From an uncultured delta proteobacterium (GTDB lineage Bacteria > Myxococcota > Myxococcia > Myxococcales > Myxococcaceae), in NCBI GenBank assembly GCA_963745475.1, contig CAVUXN010000006.1, positions 383,718 to 447,717 on the forward strand: a stretch of 64,000 nucleotides of DNA, given 5' to 3'. The position numbers and the translations under genes are program-made. The notes below the pieces were generated by a model. That model was not told the origin of the DNA and did no database searches. It saw nothing but the letters and a program-made list of their open reading frames with translations. This document shows positions 8,425 to 18,308 of the stretch, piece after piece; the stretch's first letter is position 1; every line of letters begins with the position of its first letter.

Positions 8425-10146
8425 TTAACGGGACACGCGCGGCGCGACGGCAGCCGGGTTGTCCAAGAGCGGCGGTCGGTCCTTCCCCTCCACCACCCGT
8501 TGCAATTCAATCTCCTGAAGCAGCGTCGCCGGGGCCACCGTGGACACCGGTACGCTTCCGCTTTCCGCCCCACAGAAGCCATTGAAGACACCAGACGTCT
8601 GCCCGGTTGCAAGAATTTTGCTCATCGCGCTGAGCGGCGTGCCCACAATCTCAACCCCCCGGACCAGCGTCTCCGAGCCGTCGCGCACGTCAACTCGGAA
8701 GACGCGTCGGGGAATTCCCTTGAAGGCCTGGTAGCCAAAGCTCGAGGTGTTGGTATTGCCGCCGGTGATGTCGCGGATGATGAGGCCGTACTGCTTTCCC
8801 TGACGCTTGGCCTCGGCGATGAGCATCCGCTTGAGCTCTGCGTCGCTCACCTGCCGGGAGGAGGTGACGATGAGGTTGGACATTCTGGCGACGGGCCGGC
8901 GGTTGAGCTGCGCCCGCCCGTGTCCATTGGACTGGGGGAAACCCTCCACCGGGTGTCGGGACACGAGGAAATTTTTCAAGACTCCCTTGTCCACCAGCGT
9001 CACCGACTGGGCCGGGACCCCCTCGTCGTCATAGCGGTAGAAGCCATTGAGGGACTGTCCATTGGCGCTGGACCGCGTCGGGTCGTCCACCACCGTGAGG
9101 AAGTCGGGAAGGACGTGCTTGCCGACCTGTCCACGAAACGTCTTTCCCTCGGCGTCATTGTCCTGACGGTCGCCTTCCAGCCGGTGGCCGACGGCTTCGT
9201 GAAACAGCACGCCCGAGGCATTGGATTCCAGCACCGCCGGTCCGGTGTAGGGGTCGATGGCCGGAGCCGCCCGCAGCTTGGCCAGCTCGGCAATGACACT
9301 CTGGGCATCCTTCTTGAGCGTCGCCTCGGCGGGGAGGTCCACCTCGCGGAAGGCGTAGTAGTCGCGGCTGTCGTCGAGCAGTTGCCCGTCATCGGCGCGG
9401 GTGAGGGCGAACACGTGGACACCGTACAGCGTCTCCTCGGTGACGATGCGGCTTCCCTCGGAGGAGACGAAATAGCGCACCTGTTTGTCGGCCGTGATGC
9501 GGACGTCGGCATCGAAAATGCGAGGGTCGGAGTTGAATTCAGCCGAGACTTCACGCGCCGCCCGAATCCAGCGCGCCCGGTCAAAGGGGAACTCGGTGGG
9601 GGGCTGGATGAAGACGCTCGGCCGCTCGCGGGAAAACGCCTGGGGACGCTTCGGGTCCTCGACGACGTAGACGTTCTCGCCCTTTTTCTTGAGGTAGTTG
9701 AAGAGGCTCGCCTTGTAGCGCTCGTCGGTAATAATCCACAGCGCCGCCCGGAGTGCCGCTGGGTCGTTGTCCAGGGGCGCCTCCTTGCGCGCGGTGTAGC
9801 TCGTTCCCTTGAGCGAGAAATTGAAGTCCATGTCCTCGCTGAGGCTGCTGTCGAAGTCGTGGTTTCCAACGCGAACGTCGACGTACACCCGGCGGTCGCG
9901 GAGCGAGCCGTCGTCGAACAGCGCGCCATAGCGGGCCGCCACCCAGCGCTGGTCGAGGTCCTTCACGGTGTAGCTGAGGAAGTAGGGCGCGGGATTCTCG
10001 CCCAGCTTGAGACGGGCTTGGTTTCGCTCCAACTCTCCGGACATCGCCTCCAAAAGCCCAAGTCGGGCGTCGTTGACCGACGGCGGCGAGGCGGCGGGAG
10101 TGGCCAGTGCGACGAGGAGCGCGAAGGTGGGTGCGAGCGAGGACAC
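8425..10146 (-). CDS. TldD/PmbA-family metallopeptidase with an N-terminal signal peptide
   Basis: 573 aa. Signal-like MSSLAPTFALLVALATPAASP, an FHEAVGHRLEGD zinc motif, and a C-terminal FNGFCGAESGSVPVS typical of TldD. Confidence 0.85.
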   Translation of the reverse strand: MSSLAPTFALLVALATPAASPPSVNDARLGLLEAMSGELERNQARLKLGENPAPYFLSYTVKDLDQRWVAARYGALFDDGSLRDRRVYVDVRVGNHDFDSSLSEDMDFNFSLKGTSYTARKEAPLDNDPAALRAALWIITDERYKASLFNYLKKKGENVYVVEDPKRPQAFSRERPSVFIQPPTEFPFDRARWIRAAREVSAEFNSDPRIFDADVRITADKQVRYFVSSEGSRIVTEETLYGVHVFALTRADDGQLLDDSRDYYAFREVDLPAEATLKKDAQSVIAELAKLRAAPAIDPYTGPAVLESNASGVLFHEAVGHRLEGDRQDNDAEGKTFRGQVGKHVLPDFLTVVDDPTRSSANGQSLNGFYRYDDEGVPAQSVTLVDKGVLKNFLVSRHPVEGFPQSNGHGRAQLNRRPVARMSNLIVTSSRQVSDAELKRMLIAEAKRQGKQYGLIIRDITGGNTNTSSFGYQAFKGIPRRVFRVDVRDGSETLVRGVEIVGTPLSAMSKILATGQTSGVFNGFCGAESGSVPVSTVAPATLLQEIELQRVVEGKDRPPLLDNPAAVAPRVSR

Positions 10147-10181
10147 GAGTCAGGGGAGTCTAGCGCAACACGGGTGGCCGG

Positions 10182-10880
10182 TTAGCCGGCCAACGCCTGC
10201 TCGGAGGGCGCCACTGGGCCTCCCCACTCCACCACGCGCCACCCCCGCGCCCGGGCCTCACGGCGCAACCGCCGGTCGGGGTTGACGAGGACGGGCGCAC
10301 CCACCTGCTCGAGGACGGGCAAGTCCGAATAGCTGTCGGTGTAGAAGGTACAGTCCTTGAGCGAGACACCGCTTTGCCGAGCGTAGGACTCGGCGTAGCG
10401 AAGCTTTCCGGCGCCGAAACACAACTCGCCCTCGGATTCGCCGGTGTGCAGTCCTTCCCGCACTTCAAACCGGTTGCAGAGCACCCCGTCGAGCTGGAGG
10501 TCGGCCTTCACCAGCTCGGAGAGGTAGAGCGAGCTGGCGGTCAACAGCACGACGGCTTCTCCGCGCCTCCGGTGGTGGTGGACGGCCTCCCGCGCACCCA
10601 CGCGGTACCGGTGGCGGACTTCTTCCTCGTAAAAGTGGCGCGTCCTTTCCCGCATGGTTCGCTCCGGCGTCCCGGCCAGGCTCCGGATGGCCGTCCGAAG
10701 CGCTTCTTCCATGGAGGCGAAGCCAAGCCGGTAGCGCACCATCCAGGAGGCCGCCCGGAGCGCCTGGAGGCGGCTGATGTGGCCGCTGCGCAGCTCGCGG
10801 CGAATCCAGAGGTTACCGGAGTTGCCGACGATGAGCGTCTCGTCGAAGTCGAAGAAGGCGATGGACACGGCGAAAGCCAT
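10182..10880 (-). CDS. HAD-IB family hydrolase (SerB-like)
   Basis: FFDFDETL (DxDxT motif I), VVLLTASS (motif II) and TDSYSDLPVL (motif IV-like). Confidence 0.8.
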   Translation of the reverse strand: MAFAVSIAFFDFDETLIVGNSGNLWIRRELRSGHISRLQALRAASWMVRYRLGFASMEEALRTAIRSLAGTPERTMRERTRHFYEEEVRHRYRVGAREAVHHHRRRGEAVVLLTASSLYLSELVKADLQLDGVLCNRFEVREGLHTGESEGELCFGAGKLRYAESYARQSGVSLKDCTFYTDSYSDLPVLEQVGAPVLVNPDRRLRREARARGWRVVEWGGPVAPSEQALAG

Positions 10881-10889
10881 GCTAACTGC

Positions 10890-11759
10890 TCACCGTCGCC
10901 GCCGCCGGGCCCCGAGCCACAGCACCCCCATCCAGCCGAGGACGGCCAGGGGGAGGCCTGCGGTTCCAGTCGCGCTGCAGCCCCCGGAGCCGTTGGCCGG
11001 CCCTCCGTCCGGCAAGAGGCAGTCCTGGGAGGCACGGCCCTGCGGGTAGACGTCACAGACAAACTGCCGGGAGCCCGGGTCCAACACGCGCTTCGATGTC
11101 TCCCCTAAGGGCGCGTAGGCGTACATGGTGGACGTCGGGTCCGGGGACTCGTCCAGTCCCAACGCGTGGCCAAACTCGTGGGTGGCAGTCTCCTGCGTGT
11201 CGTTGGAGACGCAGTCGAGGGACTCCCCTGGTGTGGTGCAAGGCGGGGAATCCACCGTGGTGAAAAAGCCCTGCGCGGCGTTGAACTCAACATCCGCGCG
11301 GACGATGACACCGTCCCTGACGCGGTAGGTGACGGTGGTGAGCGCGAGGACGCCCGAGGTGTGGTCCCAACAGTCGTAGAGGTTTCCGCAGCTGCCAACG
11401 CCGTAGCAGGGGTCGCCCGCGTCCACCACCGCGCTACAGAGCACGGTGCGGAAGAGCACCAGGTTCTCGTTGTCGCTCCCCGGCTCCAAGCCCGTGGAGC
11501 GGAACGCCGAGTGAGGTGCCTCGGAAATGGACAGGTCTCCGCAGGCTTGCATTTGCGCCTCCCACGTCTGCCAGGCCCGCGTGACGGCGGAGAAGCCTGC
11601 GTCCCCCAGGGTGGGGTCTCCGAGGCGGCTCTGCGAAAACACGAGACTCCCTTCCGGCCACCGGAGGCAGTGCGAGCCGTCGGTTGTCGTCGTCCGGACG
11701 TAAGGCACCGTCGCGGCGACAACCAGCGCCAGAACCCCAGCCAGAAGCGCGGCTCTCAC
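10890..11759 (-). CDS. matrixin/metzincin-like zinc metalloprotease with a MYXO-CTERM-type sorting tail
   Basis: Signal peptide, ATHEFGHALGLDESPDPTSTMYAY (HExxHxxGxx motif plus a Met-turn), and C-terminal GSGGCSATGTAGLPLAVLGWMGVLWLGARRRRR. Its GTG start overlaps the upstream stop (GTGA). Confidence 0.75.
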   Translation of the reverse strand: MRAALLAGVLALVVAATVPYVRTTTTDGSHCLRWPEGSLVFSQSRLGDPTLGDAGFSAVTRAWQTWEAQMQACGDLSISEAPHSAFRSTGLEPGSDNENLVLFRTVLCSAVVDAGDPCYGVGSCGNLYDCWDHTSGVLALTTVTYRVRDGVIVRADVEFNAAQGFFTTVDSPPCTTPGESLDCVSNDTQETATHEFGHALGLDESPDPTSTMYAYAPLGETSKRVLDPGSRQFVCDVYPQGRASQDCLLPDGGPANGSGGCSATGTAGLPLAVLGWMGVLWLGARRRRR

Positions 11760-12280
11760 TTCTGCTCCACCTCTCGCCGCACCTCGTCCTTGAGCGCGCC
11801 AAGTGAAACCGGACGCCGAGGGCCCACCACTTTGCCTGGGGGAGCAACCAATTCCAGCCCACGCAGCTCCGCAGGCACCGCGCGCACCTCACCCTTCATC
11901 CGCTCGACGCGGTAGACCCCCTGGGCTAGCCCCACGACGCTGTGCCCCGGCCCCTGGCGCTCTAGAAAAAGCACCGCTTCCTCTCCGACGGCGAGGGCTG
12001 GGACGCCGGAGACACGCTGCCCCACGCCGTCCAACTCGCCTCCGGGCTGCACCACCTGCAGCGCCCGGGGCCCTGACCCCTTCCACCGTTCGAGCACCTC
12101 CACCTCGACGAGCGTGACGAGGCGGCGGTGCCCCTCCATCCACGCGCTCCGGCTGGAGGACACCCGGACTCGCACCACGTCGCTTGCTGCCCGGGTGAGT
12201 CCGGGCACGTCCATCTGCACGGCGGTGCTGGCCAGGGCACCGGCGGCCAAGAGCAAGAAGACGGAGAGGCAGCGAAGCAT
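11756..12280 (-). CDS. exported hypothetical protein, translationally coupled to the metzincin gene
   Basis: The internal ATG at 12280 of ORF 11756..12547 gives MLRCLSVFLLLAAGALASTA (signal peptide) and 174 aa in total. No motif recognised. Confidence 0.55.
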   Translation of the reverse strand: MLRCLSVFLLLAAGALASTAVQMDVPGLTRAASDVVRVRVSSSRSAWMEGHRRLVTLVEVEVLERWKGSGPRALQVVQPGGELDGVGQRVSGVPALAVGEEAVLFLERQGPGHSVVGLAQGVYRVERMKGEVRAVPAELRGLELVAPPGKVVGPRRPVSLGALKDEVRREVEQK

Positions 12281-12371
12281 TTTCACGGACGACTGAGAAT
12301 GTAACCGAGAGTTGAGCTGCGTCGGACGTGCGTTGACCGCCTGCGAGCCCCTTGTTAACCCTCGCCCCCCC

Positions 12372-13793
12372 ATGGCCAGTCCCCCCCGCGTCCGTTTCGC
12401 CCCCTCCCCCACCGGGTACCTACACATTGGTGGTGCACGAACGGCGCTCTTCAACTGGCTCCACGCCCGGCGCCATGCTGGGGCCTTCATCCTGAGAATT
12501 GAAGACACCGACCGCGAGCGGTCGACGGCGGAGTCGGTGAAAGCCATCCTCGACGGCCTGCACTGGCTCGGACTCGACTGGGATGAGGGACCGGGCGTCG
12601 GTGGCCCGGTTGGGCCCTATTTCCAAACCGAGCGCCTGCACCTGTACCGCCAAACGGCCGACGCCCTCATCGCTGCAGGCGAGGCTTACCGCTGCTACTG
12701 CACCAAGGAGGAACTCGAGGAGCGGCGCGCGGTCTTCGAGAAACAGAAGCGCCCCTACAAGTACGAGGGCACCTGCCGGAACCGCACCGACGTCCCGCAG
12801 GGCCGAACCGCCGTGGTGCGCTTCCGCATGCCCGACGTCGAGGAGACGTTGTCCTACACCGACGAAGTCATCGGCCGCATTTCCAAGCAGACGTCGGACC
12901 TGGATGACTTCGTCATGCTTCGGGCGGACGGCATTCCGCTCTACAACTTCGGGTGCGTGGTGGACGACCATGGGATGAACATCACCCTCGTCGTCCGAGG
13001 GCAGGAGCACATCAACTCAACGTTCCCCCAGCTCATGCTCTACCGGGCCCTCGGTTGGACGCCACCCGCCATGGCTCACCTTCCGCTCATCCTCGGCCCA
13101 GACAAGGAAAAGCTGAGCAAGCGTCGCCATCCCGAAGCCGACGTCATGCTTCACCGCAGCAACGGCATCCTCCCCGAGGCCCTGGTGAACTTCATCGTCC
13201 GGCTGGGCTGGAGCCACGGCAACGACGAAGTCATCTCCCGGGAGCAAATGCTGCAGTGGTTTGGCTTTGACCACGTGGGAAGCACCTCCGGTGTGTGGAA
13301 CCCGGAGAAGCTCCTCTGGCTCAACCAGCACTACCTCAAGACGCTTCCGCCTCACGACATCGCCCTTCGCCTCCTTCCATTTCTCGCTCGCGCGGGCGCC
13401 GAGGCAGACGGGGACCCTCGACTCGAGCGTGTGGTGGTGGCTCTGCGGGAGCGGTCGAAGACGCTCGTGGAAATGGCGGATTTGGCGCGGCCCTTTTTCG
13501 TCCGGGTGCAGGTTGACCCGAAGGCGGCGGCCAAACACCTGGACGCGGGAGGAAAACGGGCCTTGGCACTTGCCCGAGACGCGCTGCACGCCGTGAACCC
13601 CTGGACTTCTGTCAGCGTCGAGACGGCGCTCAAATCGGTTTCCGAGACGGCCGGGCTGGCGATGGGGAAAGTGGCCCAACCGGTGAGGGTCGCGGTGATG
13701 GGCATCCCCATCAGCCCCCCCATCGGTGAGACGCTAGAGCTCCTCGGCAAGGCAGAGTCGCTCGAGCGAGTCGACCTCGTGCTCAACGGCTAA
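12372..13793 (+). CDS. gltX: glutamate--tRNA ligase
   Basis: RVRFAPSPTGYLHIGGARTALFNWL (HIGH motif), ILRIEDTD and KLSKRRH (KMSKS-like). ATG at 12372 within ORF 12312..13793. Confidence 0.95.
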   Translation: MASPPRVRFAPSPTGYLHIGGARTALFNWLHARRHAGAFILRIEDTDRERSTAESVKAILDGLHWLGLDWDEGPGVGGPVGPYFQTERLHLYRQTADALIAAGEAYRCYCTKEELEERRAVFEKQKRPYKYEGTCRNRTDVPQGRTAVVRFRMPDVEETLSYTDEVIGRISKQTSDLDDFVMLRADGIPLYNFGCVVDDHGMNITLVVRGQEHINSTFPQLMLYRALGWTPPAMAHLPLILGPDKEKLSKRRHPEADVMLHRSNGILPEALVNFIVRLGWSHGNDEVISREQMLQWFGFDHVGSTSGVWNPEKLLWLNQHYLKTLPPHDIALRLLPFLARAGAEADGDPRLERVVVALRERSKTLVEMADLARPFFVRVQVDPKAAAKHLDAGGKRALALARDALHAVNPWTSVSVETALKSVSETAGLAMGKVAQPVRVAVMGIPISPPIGETLELLGKAESLERVDLVLNG

Positions 13794-14117
13794 AACGGCC
13801 CCTGGGACCGCCGCCGCTACGAGTACCCCCGACGGCGCAAATGGGTGGCTTGAGAAAGGCGCAAAGCCTGCCCGGACGACGTCATTGCGTCGACTTCGCC
13901 GTCGAAAATTTCGGAAGCGCCGGCTTCCGCAGGCTGAAGGGCACTCCCCCCAACAGCTCGCTTTCCCGGGGGCCTGCGGAGGCTGGCACTTCCAAGCCCA
14001 CCAACGCTCGAGAAGCGGGCTTTCCCTCACCTCGTCCCCTGAAGGGTGTCCGGACTCAAGCCCGAGCCACAACGGCCGGCCAGCCTGGGGGGGAGCAGCC
14101 GACACCATCCGGAAAGG

Positions 14118-16907
14118 TCAGCCTGCTTTCGGCGACGAGCGCTTTCGCAGCCGCGCGAACACCGCACTTCCTATGAGCAACGAGAGGCCGAGGCCGACGC
14201 TGGCAAGTGGCCAGTCACGCGCGGGCTCGGCGGCGCGGGGCGTGGCCTCGTCGTTTCCGAGGGCCACCACCGTTGCCCACGCCGCAGGGGGCGCGCCGGC
14301 GCGAAGCCGCTCCCGTTTGGCCTCTCGGAGCGCCTGTCGCACGGACATGCCTCCGCGCATGCGGTGGTAGAAGGCGTCGAACAAGGCAGCGGACTCCTGG
14401 TCACGCACCGGCGCCAACGTCCCCACCACCGTCTGAGCACCGGCTTCGAAGAAGGCTCGCGCGAGACTCATCACGCCCTCTGCCCTCCGCACAGGTCCGG
14501 ACGAGGTGCTGCACGCTGCCAGGACGACGACTTTTTGCCCGAGGTTGAGGCGCGAGATTTCCTCGACCTGGAGAAGCCCGTCCTGGCGTTCGGGGCTGGG
14601 GGCAAGCACAATGGCTGAACGCTCGGGGGTGACGGCATCGACAATGGCATGGGCGGCGAAGTGGATGAGCGAGAATGGATGTAGGTCCGTCTCTTTGAGG
14701 TACTGCTCGGTGGCTGTTGCCCCAACGAGAAGCACGCTCCCGGACGGGAAGGCTCTGACAGCGGATTGCGCCTCCTCACGAGCGCGGCCGAGCGGCGGGA
14801 GCGCCACGTCACCCATTCCGCGCGCAGCCCGGACCAGAGGCTCGGCCGCCGGGGCTGCGGCCGGCTCCGCCAACGCCAGCGCCAAGCCAGACCGGGGGAC
14901 GTGACGCCTCTTGAGCTCAAGCCAGACGGTGGCGGAGGGAATGAGCGAGATGCCCAGTCTTTCCGACAGGTACCGGCCCTTGGCGTCCGTCAAGGCGTCG
15001 AATGGGACGCGGTTGAGAGAGCCGTCGGGGACGACCAAGAGGTGGAGAATGTCCGGCGGAAGGACCGCCAACACCGGTTGGAGTAGCTGTGCGTAAAGCC
15101 GAGCGCTCCCCGGGCGCTCGGTGCCATCCCGGCGGCGCATGAGCGCAAGCCAGAGGTTTATTTGCGGGTCGAGCTCGTCGGCATCCGGGACTCTCACCGC
15201 ATGGGCACCCGACCGGGTCACCACCACTGCCCAGGACGACCCCCGGTCGTAGGGCGCATCCAAGGCGGGTTCGCGATGCCACAGCTGAAAGGAGACCAGT
15301 GCCTCGGACGGTCCGAGGGCCTGTTGGATGTCAGTTAGCGATGGCAAGGAGCGCTCGCCAACAGCGCCCTGCCCTCCTGCTGAAGACAACGCAACCTCCA
15401 CCGTCTCGGCCGCGTGAAGCTCGGCGAGCGCGCTCATCCGTTCCGCACGGCTCGCGGTCGCGGTGACCAGCGTGTGTTGAGCTCGGTCAGTGCGAGCGCG
15501 GGCCAGCGTGAGCCGGTCGGAGCCCGCGTTGTCACTATTTTGCAGAAGGGTTTCGAGCAAACCCCGTGCGCGGAGCCGTTCCATGACGCTGAGCGCATCG
15601 GCGACGTCCGTCAAGTTGGCGCCATTTGAGGATTCGAGAAAGGAGCTCGCGACCAGCTCGTAAGCAAAGGCGAGCGTCTCCTCGTACCGCATCCGTACCC
15701 GAAGGTCGGGCTGTCGACGTCGAAGTGCTTCCATCTCATCAAGCGCCGACAACGCCGCGAGCCTCGCCGCGGCGGGCTGGTTGCCGTGCCAGAGGACGTA
15801 GGCGCGCATGAGCAGTCCCCGGCTGTGCTCCCAAGCCGCTCCTTCCGTCGTGGCCCGTGAAACCGCCGCGTCGGCGTAGGCCAGAGCAGCCGCAGCGTCC
15901 GCTGGGTTTCGCTCAACTGTGTAGCGAGCCAAAAGCCAACGGGAATGGTAGGCGTAACTCCATCCCTTGCGAGACAGCTGTGCCGACAGCGTGGCCCGTA
16001 AGAGCTCCATCGCCTCATCCGTCGGTCCAAGGAGCAGCGCCAGACGCACACGTGTGGCGAGCGCTCCGATGTCGGAGTTCGACAGCCAATAACCGAGGCG
16101 CTCCTCCTCGGCCAGCGCTTGTCGTAAGTCCGCCTCCGCTCGGGTTCGGTCGAATGCGCCCCGAGCAGCGAGCTCGGACGCCGCGCCTCCCATCCCCCCC
16201 AGCGCGACCATGTGTTGCCAACTCCCGGGAGGATTCTTTTCCAGCAGGCCCGCGTACAAGTCATACTGCCGTTGGTAGTCATGGAGGAGTCCGGCGAGAT
16301 GCGTGCGGGTCTCGAAGACCTGGCTCGCAAGCCACGGCGGGTCTTCTCCCGGAATCGCATCCAGCCGGGCCAGCGCCCGTTCTTCCCGACCGACGTCGTC
16401 GACCATCAGCGCCTCGCGCGCCCACCACAGCTGACACAAACGCTTGAGGTGAAGGTCCTCGCTTTGCTCGGCCAACCCTTCGGCCTTGCTCAGCAGTGCC
16501 TCTGTCGTTGCGTCACAGTGCACCTTGGCGAAGCATCGGTTGCCGACTTGGCTGGTGAGGGCATAAACCTCGCCCCTCACGTCGTGCTCGCGTCGAAAGC
16601 CCTCCGCGGCACGGACGTACTCGTCTTCCTCGACTGGCTCGCCCGCCAGAGACCGCACCAGCGCGTAGTAGAAGAGGGCTCGTGGCTCGTCGGGCGTCCG
16701 CTTCAGGATGGATTGAAGGACCCTCCGGACTTCGGCGCCGTGGCCACGTCCCACTTCGGATGCGAGGCACTGGTAAGGCGCGAAGGAGCGGGGCGTCCGA
16801 CGAAGCTGCTCACGGCAAGCCTCGACCCCCGAATTCGCCTCCGGGAGCGCCGAAGCCGATGAGCTGGCGATGAGGAGAGCGCACCAAAGCGGTTTCGCTC
16901 CGACCAC
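14118..16907 (-). CDS. TPR-repeat CHAT-domain (caspase-like) protein with an N-terminal signal-like segment and a C-terminal membrane anchor
   Basis: ORF 14118..17018. The likely start is GTG 16907 (VVGAKPLWCALLIASSSASALPEA). A long helical-repeat region is followed by the CHAT motifs LIHFAAHAIVD (His) and VVVLAACSTSSG (Cys). The C-terminus is WPLASVGLGLSLLIGSAVFARLRKR. Confidence 0.85.
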   Translation of the reverse strand: MVGAKPLWCALLIASSSASALPEANSGVEACREQLRRTPRSFAPYQCLASEVGRGHGAEVRRVLQSILKRTPDEPRALFYYALVRSLAGEPVEEDEYVRAAEGFRREHDVRGEVYALTSQVGNRCFAKVHCDATTEALLSKAEGLAEQSEDLHLKRLCQLWWAREALMVDDVGREERALARLDAIPGEDPPWLASQVFETRTHLAGLLHDYQRQYDLYAGLLEKNPPGSWQHMVALGGMGGAASELAARGAFDRTRAEADLRQALAEEERLGYWLSNSDIGALATRVRLALLLGPTDEAMELLRATLSAQLSRKGWSYAYHSRWLLARYTVERNPADAAAALAYADAAVSRATTEGAAWEHSRGLLMRAYVLWHGNQPAAARLAALSALDEMEALRRRQPDLRVRMRYEETLAFAYELVASSFLESSNGANLTDVADALSVMERLRARGLLETLLQNSDNAGSDRLTLARARTDRAQHTLVTATASRAERMSALAELHAAETVEVALSSAGGQGAVGERSLPSLTDIQQALGPSEALVSFQLWHREPALDAPYDRGSSWAVVVTRSGAHAVRVPDADELDPQINLWLALMRRRDGTERPGSARLYAQLLQPVLAVLPPDILHLLVVPDGSLNRVPFDALTDAKGRYLSERLGISLIPSATVWLELKRRHVPRSGLALALAEPAAAPAAEPLVRAARGMGDVALPPLGRAREEAQSAVRAFPSGSVLLVGATATEQYLKETDLHPFSLIHFAAHAIVDAVTPERSAIVLAPSPERQDGLLQVEEISRLNLGQKVVVLAACSTSSGPVRRAEGVMSLARAFFEAGAQTVVGTLAPVRDQESAALFDAFYHRMRGGMSVRQALREAKRERLRAGAPPAAWATVVALGNDEATPRAAEPARDWPLASVGLGLSLLIGSAVFARLRKRSSPKAG

Positions 16908-17031
16908 GGGCCCCCCTTTCCGCTCCACCCCTATGAGCACCCGGCTTAGACCATGAGTGTGATTAGCTGCCTGACGCGTGTCCAGCCCCCGCCTCGTCAC
17001 TAGAGAAGCAGATGCCAATAATGTCGAGGGG

Positions 17032-17493
17032 ATGCGACCGGTGCTGGTGCGCGCTGTCGCCCGCCACTGCCCCCCCGCCCTAGCCTCCCAGGCGGAGGAC
17101 CTCGTCCAAACAGCACTGCTTCGGATGTTGGAACACCCTCCGCGTGAGGGAAGCGGCTCCCCTGGAGCGTCTTACCTTTGGCGGGTCGCGTTTACCGTCA
17201 TCATCGACGAAATCCGGAGGAGGAAACGGAGCGAAACGTACCAAAGGGAAGCGCAAACACGCGCTACGGCTCAGGCGTCGGCGCCCGACGTGGGCGCGGA
17301 AATCCGCGACTGTCTGGAGCGACTCCCAGAGCCTCGCCGCGTCAGCGTGACGCTACACCTTCAAGGTTTTCGCCTGGCCGAGGTGGCAACCTCTTTGGGA
17401 TGGACTGAGAAGCGCGTGGAAAACCTTATCTATCGAGGCATCGCGGACTTGAGGCGTTGTCTCCGAGGCAAGGAGGCGCGAGATGGACGCTGA
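17032..17493 (+). CDS. ECF-type RNA polymerase sigma-70 family factor
   Basis: AEDLVQTALLRMLE is region-2-like. RRVSVTLHLQGFRLAEVATSLGWTEKRVENLIYRGIADLRRCL is a region 4 HTH. The start was chosen at ATG 17032 (ORF track 16978). Confidence 0.8.
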   Translation: MRPVLVRAVARHCPPALASQAEDLVQTALLRMLEHPPREGSGSPGASYLWRVAFTVIIDEIRRRKRSETYQREAQTRATAQASAPDVGAEIRDCLERLPEPRRVSVTLHLQGFRLAEVATSLGWTEKRVENLIYRGIADLRRCLRGKEARDGR

Positions 17494-18133
17494 CCAAACG
17501 GAGGACCTGGCCGCCCTCTTTCAGCGCACCGCCCCCCGCGGGCATGGCGTGGGCTGCGTGGCTCCCGAACGAATTTGGGACGCGGTCTTCGGAGAACTGC
17601 CCTTTTCCGAGCTTCGTGAGATTACCGACCACAGCGTCCACTGTGGAGACTGCAGCGAGGCCCTACGACTCGCACGCGACTTGAGGGCCGCCAGCGCCCC
17701 GCAGCAGAGGGCACCAGCCCGGCGCTCCTTCCCAGGCCCCCGGTGGCTGGTGGGCGTTGCTTTGGCGGCAGGCGTCGCGGGCCTGGTGGCGGTCGGCACC
17801 AACCTGCGGCGGAATGCCAATGAGCCGGACCTGGAGCGAGGTGTTGTGGCGCCCCAAATTCGCTCTGCGCTCGCGAACGGGCGCCAGCCGCGCACAAGTC
17901 TCGTTCTTCGCTGGTGGGCTTACCCGGGCGCGACCCGCTACAACGTCACGCTCGCCACCGTTGACTTGCGGGTGCTGTTTCAGCAGTCAGGCCTCGAGGC
18001 GACCGAGGTCGCGGTGCCACCGGCAACACTGGCCGGCGTGGCCCCTGGAGCGCGACTCGTCTGGCGCGTCGAAGCGAGCCTTCGGGACGGTCGGACCATC
18101 GACTCACCTGCTTTCACTTTCGACCTCGACTGA
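17483..18133 (+). CDS. zinc-binding (ZAS-type) anti-sigma factor, single-pass membrane protein
   Basis: It overlaps the sigma gene end by 11 nt. DHSVHCGDC fits Hx3Cx2C. The TM segment is WLVGVALAAGVAGLVAVG, followed by a C-terminal extracytoplasmic part of roughly 110 aa. Confidence 0.7.
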   Translation: MDADQTEDLAALFQRTAPRGHGVGCVAPERIWDAVFGELPFSELREITDHSVHCGDCSEALRLARDLRAASAPQQRAPARRSFPGPRWLVGVALAAGVAGLVAVGTNLRRNANEPDLERGVVAPQIRSALANGRQPRTSLVLRWWAYPGATRYNVTLATVDLRVLFQQSGLEATEVAVPPATLAGVAPGARLVWRVEASLRDGRTIDSPAFTFDLD

Positions 18134-18308
18134 GAAAAACCGTCGAGCGCCAGGGCCCTTTCCCGAAGCGCCACATGCCGGGGCCGAATGCCGGGTGAGC
18201 AATCGTCGAAACCATGGACGACGTAGCGCCGCGGAAATACCATGAGCGGTTGTGGCCCATCGCCTTGACACCTCGGATCCGCGTTCCTATAAGGCCGCCC
18301 GCCGGTGG

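Noticed and set aside
8500-10185. 561-aa plus-strand ORF
   Set aside because: It lies entirely antisense to the well-supported TldD-like gene. Its composition is Arg/Gly/Val-rich with no motifs. This is a typical shadow ORF of high-GC DNA.
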